The notes below the pieces were generated by a model. The model had not been told where the DNA came from. It saw only the letters and a list, made by a program, of their open reading frames with translations, and ran no database searches. A stretch of 64,000 nt of DNA from an uncultured Desulfobacterales bacterium (lineage in GTDB: Bacteria > Desulfobacterota > Desulfobacteria > Desulfobacterales > QNYZ01): contig CAZNZW010000004.1 in the NCBI GenBank assembly GCA_964577615.1, positions 11,511 through 75,510 of the forward strand, in the 5' to 3' direction. A program made the translations under genes and the position numbers. Shown here piece by piece: positions 11,496 through 21,237 of this stretch. Every line of letters starts with the position of its first letter. Positions within the stretch are counted from its first letter, which is position 1.

Positions 11496-13826
11496 ATGAA
11501 CTCGGAAATTTTCTCATTCTTAGCTGATATGCCCCACTTTTCCCTTCTTCCCGAAGCGGAAATCAAAAAAGTGGCCGCATCGGGCACGGCCAGGCAATAT
11601 GACGCCGGAACCGTTGTGGCCGTGGCCGGACAAACCCGCATTAAAGAAATCTTTGTCGTTATCAAGGGGGCGCTGTCTCTTTTTGATGAAACCGACGGGC
11701 AGCGGAAACCGGTGGGATCAATCCGGGAAGGCGAGATTTTCGGCGGCATCACCATCGAGATGAACAACGGAATTTCCCTCAAAACAGTCGTTGCCGAACA
11801 AACCTGCGCGGGCTATGCCATCCCGGCGGATATTTTTCAGGATCTATGTGTCCACCATCGAGACTTTTTTGAATACTTCATCGAACATTTCAGTCATAAC
11901 ATCTCCGACCCCTCCCTTTTCGCCATCATAGAAACCGGCCAGACCCGATATTTTCTCACCACGCTGGCGCCATTTTCCTTTCTTCCCGAAGAAGAGATCG
12001 ACCGGGTTGTTTCGTCGCTGTCCGTTGTCAAATATGCCGAAAACACGATTCTCTTTGTACAGCAGCATTCCCGCATCGGACATCTGTATATTCTCCAAAA
12101 GGGTGCAGCCGAGCGCTATTACGAAACCCGAAAAGAAAAAACCATGCGGGGGATCCTGAGCGAAGGCGACCTGTTCGGCGGCATTTCCATTCTGCACAAC
12201 GACGGTGTGGCGGTTCGCAGTTTTCGGGTCACCGAGCCCTCGATATTTTATCTCCTGCCCAAAGCCGATTTTCTCGCGCTATGTGAAAACTATCCGGTTT
12301 TTATAGAATATTTTACCGATATTTTCGGCAAGCGGATGCTGGAAAAATCCTACGCCGCCCTTATCGCCAAAACAACACACCCGCCGGAGATGGAGAACCA
12401 GTTTTTCAACCAGCCCATCTCGTCCATCTGCACGATGGAGCCGATATTCGGAGATACCGGCATGTCGATTCAGGCGGCGGCCGGCGTCATGCAGCGGCAG
12501 CAGATCAGCGCGCTTTTTCTGAAATCACCCGGCGGCGACTGTGCGGGGATCGTGACGGAAAGGGACCTGGCGCGGCGGGTGGTCGCGCCGGGCCACGCCA
12601 TCACGGGGCCGGTATCTGAAATCATGTCCTCCCCGGTGATTACCTTTCCCATTGATGCACCGGTTTTTGAAGCCTGCATGGCCATGATGCAGCAGAACAT
12701 CCGGCACCTGGCCATCCGGGACACCCAGAATGAGGTGGTGGGCATTCTTTCCAATCGGGATATTTTAAAAAACCGCGGCCAGTCTCCGCTTTTTCTGATC
12801 CGGGAAACCGGTGACGCCGACGACATGACCAAACTCATTGAAAAACAGCACCGGCTGCCGGCAGTACTGCAGGAACTGGTCTCCAGTGGTGCCCATTCCA
12901 AAAACCTGACCCGGTTTATTTCAACTTTTTCCGATGTTATTTTAGATAAAATCATCGGGTTTACCCTCAACGAACTGGGGCCGCCGCCCGCCCAGTTTGT
13001 TTTCATGATCCTGGGCAGCGACGGCCGGTTCGAGCAGACCCTGAAAACCGACCAGGACAACGCCATTATTTACGAAGATGTCCCGTCGGATGCACAGGAA
13101 AGCGTCAATGCGTATTTTCTCCGCTTTGGCGAAACGGCCTGCGCTCTATTGGATCAGGCCGGATATACGTTCTGCACGGGGAACATCATGGCGCAAAATC
13201 CGGAATGGTGTCTGTCTCTGTCACAGTGGCAGGCCAAATTTTCCAGATGGATTCATGCCGCCGGCCCGGAGGATCTGCTGCATGCCAGCATCTTTTTCGA
13301 TTTTCGATGCGGATATGGCGACTGCGCTCTCATCGACCGGTTGCGGACATTTTTATTTGATTCATTGGAAAAAAGGCGGGGATTCTTTACTTACATGGCT
13401 GAAAATGCGCTCAGGGCCCGCCCGCCCCTGGGATTCTTTCGCAATTTCGTGGTTGAACCGAAGGGCAAACACCGCAGCAAATTCGACATCAAAAAGGCCA
13501 TGCTGCCCATCGTCGACCTGGCCCGGGTCTATGCCCTGAAAAACAAAGTCGAAACCACCAATACACTGGAGCGGCTGTACGACCTGAAACTTAAAAATGT
13601 GTTCACCCTCAGTCAATTCGATGAACTTGAAAAGGCGTACAGCTTTCTGATGCAGCTGCGTCTGGTCCGACAGATTACCGCCATCCGCGATGAAGGCCAG
13701 CCGCCGGACAATTATATTAATCCCAAAAAACTGACCCAGATCGAACAGAAAATGCTCAAGGAAATTTTCAGGCGGATCGAGTCGTTTCAGTCCAAAATGG
13801 AGGTTGACTTCACCGGTACCATTTAA
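11496..13826 (+). CDS. Signal-transduction protein: 2x cNMP-binding + CBS pair + DUF294 (Pol-beta-type) nucleotidyltransferase + DUF294_C
   Basis: The start is set at MNSEIF (GAGGAG SD 5 nt upstream). Two cNMP-binding-like regions, CBS-like stretches (VSEIMSSPVITFPIDAPVFEACMAMMQQNIRHLAI) and the NTase motif FVFMILGSDGRFEQTLKTDQDNAII are present. Confidence 0.85.
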   Translation: MNSEIFSFLADMPHFSLLPEAEIKKVAASGTARQYDAGTVVAVAGQTRIKEIFVVIKGALSLFDETDGQRKPVGSIREGEIFGGITIEMNNGISLKTVVAEQTCAGYAIPADIFQDLCVHHRDFFEYFIEHFSHNISDPSLFAIIETGQTRYFLTTLAPFSFLPEEEIDRVVSSLSVVKYAENTILFVQQHSRIGHLYILQKGAAERYYETRKEKTMRGILSEGDLFGGISILHNDGVAVRSFRVTEPSIFYLLPKADFLALCENYPVFIEYFTDIFGKRMLEKSYAALIAKTTHPPEMENQFFNQPISSICTMEPIFGDTGMSIQAAAGVMQRQQISALFLKSPGGDCAGIVTERDLARRVVAPGHAITGPVSEIMSSPVITFPIDAPVFEACMAMMQQNIRHLAIRDTQNEVVGILSNRDILKNRGQSPLFLIRETGDADDMTKLIEKQHRLPAVLQELVSSGAHSKNLTRFISTFSDVILDKIIGFTLNELGPPPAQFVFMILGSDGRFEQTLKTDQDNAIIYEDVPSDAQESVNAYFLRFGETACALLDQAGYTFCTGNIMAQNPEWCLSLSQWQAKFSRWIHAAGPEDLLHASIFFDFRCGYGDCALIDRLRTFLFDSLEKRRGFFTYMAENALRARPPLGFFRNFVVEPKGKHRSKFDIKKAMLPIVDLARVYALKNKVETTNTLERLYDLKLKNVFTLSQFDELEKAYSFLMQLRLVRQITAIRDEGQPPDNYINPKKLTQIEQKMLKEIFRRIESFQSKMEVDFTGTI

Positions 13827-13965
13827 CTAATGCACGGGCGTATAATATACTTTTACAACATATTAGATATACTTTCCTATTGTATTTGTTTAACTTATGC
13901 TTTGCCCTGTCTCACCCGCAAAAGACGACGCCGGGGATATTCGCCAATACATCTGACAGACGGAT

Positions 13966-15114
13966 TTATACCGGCTTTTTTCTCTTCCCATATCCCATCA
14001 GGCCGTCTCCCCGTAAAAACAGGGGATTGAATCCCGGGGCATGATGAATCCCCCACCGCACCAGATCGTGAAACCAGCCGGCCGGTTTGTTGAACGGACA
14101 GACCCGGATGCAATTGGCGCAGTCGGTACCATTTTTCGCCCAGAATGACAGACAGGTCTCGGCATTGATATGCCACGCCCGTACCCCTTCCCGGTTGGAA
14201 ATGTTGTGGATTTTTTCAGAAGGCCCGCCATGCATGATGCTCTGGCTGGGGCATTTCCGGGCGCATTTCTTACAGATCCGGCAGAATTCCCAGACACCAA
14301 ACGAAATCGGCCGGTCCGGCCGCAGGGGCAGATCGGTCAGGACTTTGGCCAGCCGAATCCGGGGGCCGAAGGCCGGGGTCACCAGCAGGCCGTTTCGGGC
14401 CATTTCCCCCAGGCCGGCATCAATGGCAATGGGAATGCTGCAGGCCGTATCGTTGCCACAGGGGATCGCCTGATACCCCAGCCCCCGGATATATTGCGCC
14501 AGCAGGCCGGCCGTGAAGGCCATTTTGGAATATCCCGTCCCGGTGGCCGCCGAAGCGGCTGCCGACGGCGACGTCCGGAGGGTTGGATAATCCATCTCCA
14601 CGGCAAGGGCAATGGCGGTTCGAAATGTGTCGGGGATGACGTTTTCCGCCGGCTTTCCCCCTTCCGAGGTCAGCAGATAGGCCGGGTCATAGAGCCAGCG
14701 CCGGTCCAGGTCACAGATTCCCACCAGCGAGGCCCCGAACAGCCGGGCCGCCTGTTTCACCGGTCCGGCCATGCGCCGGGCCACATCGGCCGATATTTTC
14801 AGGCCGGCCGGTACCCGGGGAAAACTGAATTTGCCGCTCCACTGCCAGCCGTACAACCCCATGCGGCCGCCGCGCACGCCCTGGGCAAACTCCCCTTCCA
14901 CCCGCCAGGACGCATTGGTCAGCGCCATGTCGGCCAGCCGATACCCGGGCCGGTCTCCGGGCATCACCGGCGCACGATAAAACCGGTCTCCCAGTTCCGC
15001 CAGGGCCGGGTCCCACCAGGGCCGCTTAAACATCTCGTTTTTCTGGTCAAAAGGCGTGATCCGGCCGACCACATACCGGCTGGCGCCCCGGTCCACATAG
15101 GAAAACGTTTTCAT
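13966..15114 (-). CDS. Reductive-dehalogenase-family (RdhA-like) corrinoid/Fe-S protein, cytoplasmic type
   Basis: FGASLVGICDLDRRWLYD, GYSKMAFTAGLLAQYIRGLGYQA, and GNDTACSIPIAIDAGLGEMARNGLLVTPAFGPRIRLAKV. Fe-S motifs CRICKKCARKCP and C-x10-CANCIRVCP. There is no twin-arginine signal. At 382 aa it is short for the family. Confidence 0.72.
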   Translation of the reverse strand: MKTFSYVDRGASRYVVGRITPFDQKNEMFKRPWWDPALAELGDRFYRAPVMPGDRPGYRLADMALTNASWRVEGEFAQGVRGGRMGLYGWQWSGKFSFPRVPAGLKISADVARRMAGPVKQAARLFGASLVGICDLDRRWLYDPAYLLTSEGGKPAENVIPDTFRTAIALAVEMDYPTLRTSPSAAASAATGTGYSKMAFTAGLLAQYIRGLGYQAIPCGNDTACSIPIAIDAGLGEMARNGLLVTPAFGPRIRLAKVLTDLPLRPDRPISFGVWEFCRICKKCARKCPSQSIMHGGPSEKIHNISNREGVRAWHINAETCLSFWAKNGTDCANCIRVCPFNKPAGWFHDLVRWGIHHAPGFNPLFLRGDGLMGYGKRKKPV

Positions 15115-15192
15115 CGTCCCGCTTCTGTATTATTGTAAATGACTGTGATTGTGATATGGTGCCGTTTCAGTTAACATGGCCGGTGCCGCTTG

Positions 15193-15219
15193 GCAATTAA
15201 TCGGCAGATAATTAATGGC
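15193..15219. promoter_or_regulatory. Imperfect palindrome GCAATTAAT-N9-ATTAATGGC between the RdhA-like and D-LDH-like genes (candidate operator)
   Basis: The 9-bp arms match at 8 of 9 positions, centred near 15206 in the 204-bp divergent intergenic region. Confidence 0.3.
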
Positions 15220-15318
15220 TGCTGAGCGCTGAAAACAGGCGTCGCGGCGGTGACTGCCGTTAATCGACGCTGTTCAATCGACAATCGCCAATAATTTTTA
15301 CACCACCCGGAGAGCCCA

Positions 15319-16710
15319 GTGACCCACCCGCCCCTTTCATCCACCGACCTCGCCGCCCTGTCGGCCATGGTTGACGCGGATCGTTTTTCCACCGGCGACT
15401 CGGTGCTGGATCTGCATGCCAGAGACCAGTCCCATCACCGCCCCCACAGGCCGGAAGCCGTCATCTGGCCAGTCAAGACATCCGAAGTGGCCGCCATTGC
15501 CGCCTATGCCAATGCGCACGGTATTGCTGTGACCGGCTGGGGATCCGGATCCAGTCTGGAAGGCAACCCGATTCCGGTCAGGCGGGGAATTGTTCTCGAT
15601 TTTTCCCGCATGAACCGGATTCTTTCCATCCAGGCGGAAAACTTTCAGGCCGATGTGGAGCCCGGTGTCATCTACCAGGATCTTAATGCCCGTCTGCGGC
15701 ACACCGGCCTCTTTTTCCCGCCCGATCCCGGCGCCCGGGCCACCATCGGCGGCATGATCGCCAACAATGCCGGGGGCACCACCACCGTTCGGTACGGTTC
15801 CACCAAGGATTATGTACTGAAGCTATCCGTGGTGCTGGCCAATGGCGAACTTATCGACATGGGCTGCCGGGTTAAAAAAACATCTTCCGCCTATGATCTG
15901 ATCCGCCTCTTTGTGGGATCTGAAGGAACCCTGGGCATCGTTGTGCGGGCCACGATCCGGCTGGTGGGACTGCCCGCGGAATTTTCCGCGACGATTGCCA
16001 ATTTTCCATCGGTGGAAGCGGCCAGCCGGGCCGTGTCTGAACTGATCCGGGCCGGCCTGGATCCGGCCGCGCTGGAGCTTCTCGACGCCGAGTGTATTCG
16101 ACTGATCAACCGCGAAAAGCAGCTGGGCCTCAATATCTCCCCCACCCTCTTTATGGAATTTCAGGGGCCGACATTGAATCAATTATCGGAAACCATGGAG
16201 ATGGCCCAGACGATCTGCGAAGAAACCGGATGCAGCGAATTCAGAACCGGGCTGGGCCGGCAGGAACGGAACCGCCTGTTTGAGGCCCGGCATGAGCTGG
16301 GAGAAATGGTCGTCCGCAACCATCCGGACGGCCGCATCCGGGTGATGGACATGGCCGTTCCCATTGCCACCTATCCGGAAATGATCGCCGATGCCCGCCA
16401 GGCCCTGACCGCGTCGGGACTGTCCGGTTATATCTTCAGCCACGCCGGCGACGGAAATATCCATATCAACGTCATCGGCCGGAAAAACAACTCCGCTCAA
16501 TGGGCACAAGTGGATCAGCTGACCGACCAGCTGGTGCAAAAAGCCCTGGATCTGGACGGCACGGCCACCGGCGAGCATGGGGTCGGCATCGGCAAGCGCC
16601 CATTCATGAAAGCGGAACATGGCAGCAGCCTGGCCTGGATGCAGCGGATCAAGTCTCTTTTTGATCCCAACAACATCCTCAACCCCGGGAAAATTTTCCC
16701 TGCCCCATAA
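15319..16710 (+). CDS. FAD-linked oxidase, D-lactate dehydrogenase / GlcD-like
   Basis: FAD_binding_4-type N-terminus (VIWPVKTSEVAAIAAYANAHGIAVTGWGSGSSLEGN) and a C-terminal GTATGEHGVGIGKR motif. GTG start. The gene lies upstream of lutABC. Confidence 0.85.
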   Translation: MTHPPLSSTDLAALSAMVDADRFSTGDSVLDLHARDQSHHRPHRPEAVIWPVKTSEVAAIAAYANAHGIAVTGWGSGSSLEGNPIPVRRGIVLDFSRMNRILSIQAENFQADVEPGVIYQDLNARLRHTGLFFPPDPGARATIGGMIANNAGGTTTVRYGSTKDYVLKLSVVLANGELIDMGCRVKKTSSAYDLIRLFVGSEGTLGIVVRATIRLVGLPAEFSATIANFPSVEAASRAVSELIRAGLDPAALELLDAECIRLINREKQLGLNISPTLFMEFQGPTLNQLSETMEMAQTICEETGCSEFRTGLGRQERNRLFEARHELGEMVVRNHPDGRIRVMDMAVPIATYPEMIADARQALTASGLSGYIFSHAGDGNIHINVIGRKNNSAQWAQVDQLTDQLVQKALDLDGTATGEHGVGIGKRPFMKAEHGSSLAWMQRIKSLFDPNNILNPGKIFPAP

Positions 16711-16808
16711 AACCCGAAAAACACGAAAACAACAGACTTATGTTAAAAAAACAGTGCAACGCCACACCGCAGACCGCCAGAAATCAATTTTCAACCGTTA
16801 ACCTGATG

Positions 16809-16845
16809 CCGTCGTCACCGGATGGCGGTGATGTCGGTTTTTTTT
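16809..16845 (+). terminator. Rho-independent terminator between the D-LDH-like gene and lutA
   Basis: 12-bp stem CCGTCGTCACCG / CGGTGATGTCGG (one wobble, one mismatch), loop GATGG, then T8 (16838-16845). Confidence 0.65.
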
Positions 16846-16864
16846 CCGAAACGGACAATCAGCC

Positions 16865-17608
16865 ATGAGCGCTCCCGTACCGGTTACCCTGTTTATTCCG
16901 TGTCTTGTGGACAGTTTTGCCCCGGACGTGGGCAAAGCCCTGGTACGGATTTTTGATCAGCTGGATATTCCGCTGGTCTACCCCCTGGACCAGACCTGCT
17001 GCGGTCAGCCCGCCTACAACGCCGGCTACCGCAACGAAGCCCGGACCGCTGCCGACCGGTTTATCGATATTTTTGAAAGCGCCGAAGCCATTGTCTGTCC
17101 ATCCGGATCGTGCGTCCACATGGTGCGGGATCATTACCTGGAATTGTTTAAGGATGATACCGGCCGCAGAAAACGCGCCCGGGCGATAGCCGATAAAACA
17201 TTTGAATTCACGGAATATCTGGTCGATGTTTTACAGATCACCGACCTGGGGGCCCGGTATGATGGCCGGGTCACCTATCACGAATCATGCCATTTGAACT
17301 ACGGCCTGAAAATCAGCGCGCAACCCCGGCAGCTGATCCAGGCTGTTGCCGGATGTGAGCTGGTGGAAATGGAAGAAGCCGACCGCTGCTGCGGGTTTGG
17401 CGGCAGTTTTTCCGTGAAGTATCCGGAGATTTCCATCGCCATGCTGGACGACAAGGTGGACCGTATCGTGGCCTCGGGCGCGGACACGGTCATCGGGTGT
17501 GATTTGGGCTGCCTGCTCAACATTTCGGGCCGGGTTTCCCGTCGCCAGCTGCCCATCAAGGTGCTGCATATTGCCCAGCTTTTATCCGGACAAGGAACCT
17601 CCCTATGA
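16865..17608 (+). CDS. lutA: Lactate utilization protein A (CCG-domain Fe-S oxidoreductase)
   Basis: VTLFIPCLVDSFAPDVGKALVRIFDQLDIPLVYPLDQTCCGQPAYNAGY and a second CCG motif (RCCGFGGSF). Confidence 0.9.
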   Translation: MSAPVPVTLFIPCLVDSFAPDVGKALVRIFDQLDIPLVYPLDQTCCGQPAYNAGYRNEARTAADRFIDIFESAEAIVCPSGSCVHMVRDHYLELFKDDTGRRKRARAIADKTFEFTEYLVDVLQITDLGARYDGRVTYHESCHLNYGLKISAQPRQLIQAVAGCELVEMEEADRCCGFGGSFSVKYPEISIAMLDDKVDRIVASGADTVIGCDLGCLLNISGRVSRRQLPIKVLHIAQLLSGQGTSL

Positions 17609-19056
17609 ACTCAAGTCATGTCACCACGGATCAATATCGGCAGGCCGCGCAGAAAGGGATCGAAAACCCGGTGCTGCAATCTGCCCTGGCCGGTCTCCAG
17701 GCCCGCATCGGCAGAGGCGCGGCGGCCGCCTACCTGGCCCTTCCCGAAGGGCCGTCACTGCGTCAGAAAGCCCATGCCATCCGGATGAAAAGCATCGATC
17801 ACCTCGATGTTCTTCTGGAAACCCTGGCCGGCCGGGTTCGCCAAAACGGCGGCCATGTTTTCTTTGCCGACACCGGAGCGGATGCCGTCAATTACTGTCT
17901 CAAGGTGGCCCGCAAACACCAGATCAAGCGCGTCGTCAAGGGCAAATCCATGGTTACCGAGGAGATCGGCCTCAATGATGCGCTGGCACAGGCCGGCATC
18001 GAACCGGTTGAAACCGATCTGGGCGAATACATCATTCAACTGGCCCACGAATCGCCATCTCACATCATTGCCCCGGCCATTCACAAAACCCGGAAAGAAA
18101 TCGGCGAATTGTTCGCCCGCAAACTGGGCATCCCCTATACCGACGATCCCCCGACCCTGACCCAGGCGGCCCGCAAGGCGCTGCGGGAAAAATTTCTCTC
18201 GGCCGGCATGGGCACCTCCGGCTGCAACCTGGCCTGCGCCGAAACCGGGCACATCGCCACCTTGTCCAACGAGGGCAATATCCGCATGTCCACCACGATG
18301 CCCAGGGTGCATATGTCTTTCATGGGCATGGAGCGGGTCACCGCCCGCCTTTCCGATCATGACATGCTTTTCAGGCTGTTGTCCCGGGGCGCGGCGGTCC
18401 AGACCATGGCCACCTACGTCAACTACGTCGGCGGACCGAGGCAACCCGGCCAGTCTGACGGCCCGGATGAATTTCATCTGGTGATTCTCGATAACGGCCG
18501 CAGTAAAATCCTGGCCGATCCCGAATTACGGGAAATTCTCGGCTGCATCCGCTGTGCCGCCTGCCTCAATGTCTGCCCGGTTTACGGCAAGATCGGTGGC
18601 CACGCATACGGATTTGCCTATTCGGGGCCGGTGGGGACCGTTATTACGCCGCTGCTGACCGGCATCAACCGGGCCAAAGACCTCTGCATGGGGGAAACCC
18701 TCTGCGGCGCCTGCAGGGAAATCTGCCCGGTTGAGATTGATCTGCCCCGGCTGATTCTGGCGCTGAGGGCCCGCCTGGCCGACGGCGATCCGGCCTGGGA
18801 TGTCACCCCGATCAGCCGCATGGAAAAAGGCGGCATGGTTGCCTGGGCAAAAATCATCCAAAGCCGAAAACGATACGACCACGCTCTGGCACTCGCCCGG
18901 CTGGGACAGAAGCTGCTGCCCGGAAAAGACGGCATGCTCCGCCGGCTGCCACCGCCTTTCAGCGGATGGACCGGCAAACGGGATTTGAAACGGATCGCCG
19001 ATGACAGTTTTAATGCCTGGTGGCGGGAAAAAGGCGCGGACCCCGGCAAGCGGTGA
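17605..19056 (+). CDS. lutB: Lactate utilization protein B (4Fe-4S, LUD domain)
   Basis: CIRCAACLNVCPVY and CGACREICPVEI ferredoxin motifs. ATGA overlap with lutA. Confidence 0.9.
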   Translation: MNSSHVTTDQYRQAAQKGIENPVLQSALAGLQARIGRGAAAAYLALPEGPSLRQKAHAIRMKSIDHLDVLLETLAGRVRQNGGHVFFADTGADAVNYCLKVARKHQIKRVVKGKSMVTEEIGLNDALAQAGIEPVETDLGEYIIQLAHESPSHIIAPAIHKTRKEIGELFARKLGIPYTDDPPTLTQAARKALREKFLSAGMGTSGCNLACAETGHIATLSNEGNIRMSTTMPRVHMSFMGMERVTARLSDHDMLFRLLSRGAAVQTMATYVNYVGGPRQPGQSDGPDEFHLVILDNGRSKILADPELREILGCIRCAACLNVCPVYGKIGGHAYGFAYSGPVGTVITPLLTGINRAKDLCMGETLCGACREICPVEIDLPRLILALRARLADGDPAWDVTPISRMEKGGMVAWAKIIQSRKRYDHALALARLGQKLLPGKDGMLRRLPPPFSGWTGKRDLKRIADDSFNAWWREKGADPGKR

Positions 19057-19126
19057 CGCGGCAGGGTTTCAGACCAGAGAGTAAACAGCGCCCTTTATCG
19101 TCATTTTAAGAAACGGAAAGCACACC

Positions 19127-19951
19127 ATGGTTGATCATAACGAAAAGACATTTATCGGGAGAGTCAAAACCGCTCTGAACGTATCTGAAGCGCCTCCCCG
19201 GCTATATTCGGAAATATTTCCCGGCCGGCCCGAAGAAACCACGCAGGCGATTCTTGACCGGGTCCAGAGCCGGGATACCGCCCAGCGCCTGGCGCTGCTT
19301 GACCGGTTGAAGGAAATCGCCGAAACGATTAACCTGAACGTCATCGCCCTGCCGGATATATCCGCTGTCACTGCCGCCATTGCCGGCCTGGCCCGGGACA
19401 AACAGCCGGAATGGGGAGATCATAAGCAGCTGGCCGTCTGGAAACACCCCTTGATCGACGCGCTGGGACTGCCCGACGCCCTCGCGGATCAGAAAATTAT
19501 CGTACATGATACGGCGCTGACCGATACGGAAACGCCGGCCGACGGTCGCCGCCGGATCCGGGAGCAGATCGTCGCTGCCTATATTGGTGTCACTGCCGCC
19601 GATTACTGCGTGGCCGATTCGGCGACCCTCGTCATGAAGACGCGACCCGGCCAGGCCCGCGCCGCGTCTCTGGTACCCGTCATTCATGTGGCCGTTATTT
19701 ATCTCGATCAGGTCCTTGCCAGTCTCACCGAATTGTACGTCCGGCTGAAAGCAGACCCGGATTTTGAGAAAACCGGCATCACCAACTGCCTGACCTTTAT
19801 TTCCGGCCCCAGCAAAACCGCGGACATTGAGGTGGTGATGGTTCATGGCGCCCATGGCCCCCGGGAAGTATACCTGTTTGTCATCACCGGCGACCGGCCG
19901 GCGATTTCCCAAAGCTCCCCGACGCCAGCGCCCCTGCCCGAGAGCCGGTGA
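19127..19951 (+). CDS. lutC: Lactate utilization protein C (LUD domain)
   Basis: Position after lutAB. LUD-like C-terminal half (IGVTAADYCVADSATLVM...ISGPSKTADIE). Confidence 0.78.
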   Translation: MVDHNEKTFIGRVKTALNVSEAPPRLYSEIFPGRPEETTQAILDRVQSRDTAQRLALLDRLKEIAETINLNVIALPDISAVTAAIAGLARDKQPEWGDHKQLAVWKHPLIDALGLPDALADQKIIVHDTALTDTETPADGRRRIREQIVAAYIGVTAADYCVADSATLVMKTRPGQARAASLVPVIHVAVIYLDQVLASLTELYVRLKADPDFEKTGITNCLTFISGPSKTADIEVVMVHGAHGPREVYLFVITGDRPAISQSSPTPAPLPESR

Positions 19952-21201
19952 CGCAGATGGATACCCGTTCCACACAGCACCCGTCCGTAAAAAGGCTGCT
20001 CTTTCTGTCCGGCCTGGCCCTGGCCTGGTTCTGGTTTATGATCGCGGCGCTCACCGGCCTGATTTACCTGTTTACCTGCCCGGCTTCAGCAGGCAAAATT
20101 CAAATCCGTTTATTTTTATACGCTCTGGGGGGTGGCGGTCTGCTGCTGGGCGTCGCCCTCAACCGTCGCCTCGCGGTCCGCCGGACAGAGCCGGGCCTGA
20201 TCCCCATCGGATCCATCGGAATGTCTCTTTTCGCACTGGATATGTGCTTCGCTCTGCGCACCGTGTCCGGTCTTTTTTCCCGCGCCGATTTCGGCAGTCT
20301 GTCCAGCCTGCTGTCTACCGGGGCCGGGTGGCGGCTGTCCGCCGACATCCTCTTTTTTACCGTGTCCGCCGGGCTGTTTGCCCTGCCGCTGCAGGCCTTT
20401 ATCCGCAATCAAAAGCATATCCGGACCGGCCGCTGTTTTCTGCCCGACAATTTCCGGCGGGCCCTGATTTTTGCCGGTGCCGCGCTGGCCCTGATCGCCA
20501 CGCTTTCCCGTCTGGGGCTGCCCGTCTGGTGGCATTGTATCGTTCTTGCCGTTTTGAACCTGATGGTGGCGTATGGTATTTACCGCGTGATCCCCGAATT
20601 TTTTTTCCGATTCCTCTGTTTTGTTCTTTCCCGGATAATCTACCGCGTTACCGTTGACGGATTGTCGCGCCTGCCCGAAAAGGGCCCGGCGGTCCTGGTC
20701 TGCAATCACATCACCTTTGTCGACTGGCTGATCATTGCCGGCGCCTGTCCGCGGCCCGTCCGGTTTGTCATGGACCAGGCTTTTCTGGATATCCCTTTTA
20801 CCGGACGTCTTTTCCGGGACGGCAAGGTCATTCCCATTTCTCCCGGCAGAAAAAGCCCCCGCCTGTTGAAAGCCGCTTTTGAAAGGATCGCCCTTGAGCT
20901 GGCATCCGGCAATATCGTCTGTATTTTCCCCGAGGGGGAAATCACCCGCACCGGCCGGATCAATCCGTTCAAGCCGGGTATCGAACGGATCATTTCCACC
21001 ACGCCGGTCCCCGTCATTCCCATGGCCTTGAATGGCCTGTGGGGCAGTTTTTTTTCCCGGAAATACGGCCGGGCCATGTCCAGACCGTTTCGCCGTTTCC
21101 GCTCCCGGATCACCCTTACAATCGGATCACCTGTTGCGCCGGAAACGGTCACTGCCGCCGGACTTCATGCGGCGGTGGCCGCGCTGTTTACCGGCCGGTA
21201 A
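19948..21201 (+). CDS. Membrane-embedded lysophospholipid acyltransferase (about 6 TM MFS-like half + PlsC domain)
   Basis: NHITFVDWLI (H-x4-D) and IFPEGEITRTG acyltransferase motifs follow a hydrophobic N-terminal half. The GTG at 19948 overlaps the lutC stop; an alternative ATG lies at 19957. Confidence 0.8.
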   Translation: MTQMDTRSTQHPSVKRLLFLSGLALAWFWFMIAALTGLIYLFTCPASAGKIQIRLFLYALGGGGLLLGVALNRRLAVRRTEPGLIPIGSIGMSLFALDMCFALRTVSGLFSRADFGSLSSLLSTGAGWRLSADILFFTVSAGLFALPLQAFIRNQKHIRTGRCFLPDNFRRALIFAGAALALIATLSRLGLPVWWHCIVLAVLNLMVAYGIYRVIPEFFFRFLCFVLSRIIYRVTVDGLSRLPEKGPAVLVCNHITFVDWLIIAGACPRPVRFVMDQAFLDIPFTGRLFRDGKVIPISPGRKSPRLLKAAFERIALELASGNIVCIFPEGEITRTGRINPFKPGIERIISTTPVPVIPMALNGLWGSFFSRKYGRAMSRPFRRFRSRITLTIGSPVAPETVTAAGLHAAVAALFTGR

Positions 21202-21237
21202 CAACCGCGCCGGAAAACAGAAACACAGGCGTTGCCA

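Noticed and set aside
15191-15206. Sigma54-like element TGGCAA-N5-CGGCA upstream of the D-LDH-like gene
   Set aside because: The GG/GC spacing fits, but the -12 region is weak (CGGCA versus TTGCA). The same bases form the AT-rich palindrome, and no enhancer-binding protein gene is in the window. It is kept only as a possibility. A similar GGC...TGC element near 8400-8440 has the wrong spacing.
15197-15215. CprK-type dehalobox upstream of the RdhA-like gene
   Set aside because: The half-sites TTAAT and ATTAA are present, but they are separated by 9 nt instead of the canonical 4. This is not a canonical dehalobox and is reported only as a generic palindrome.
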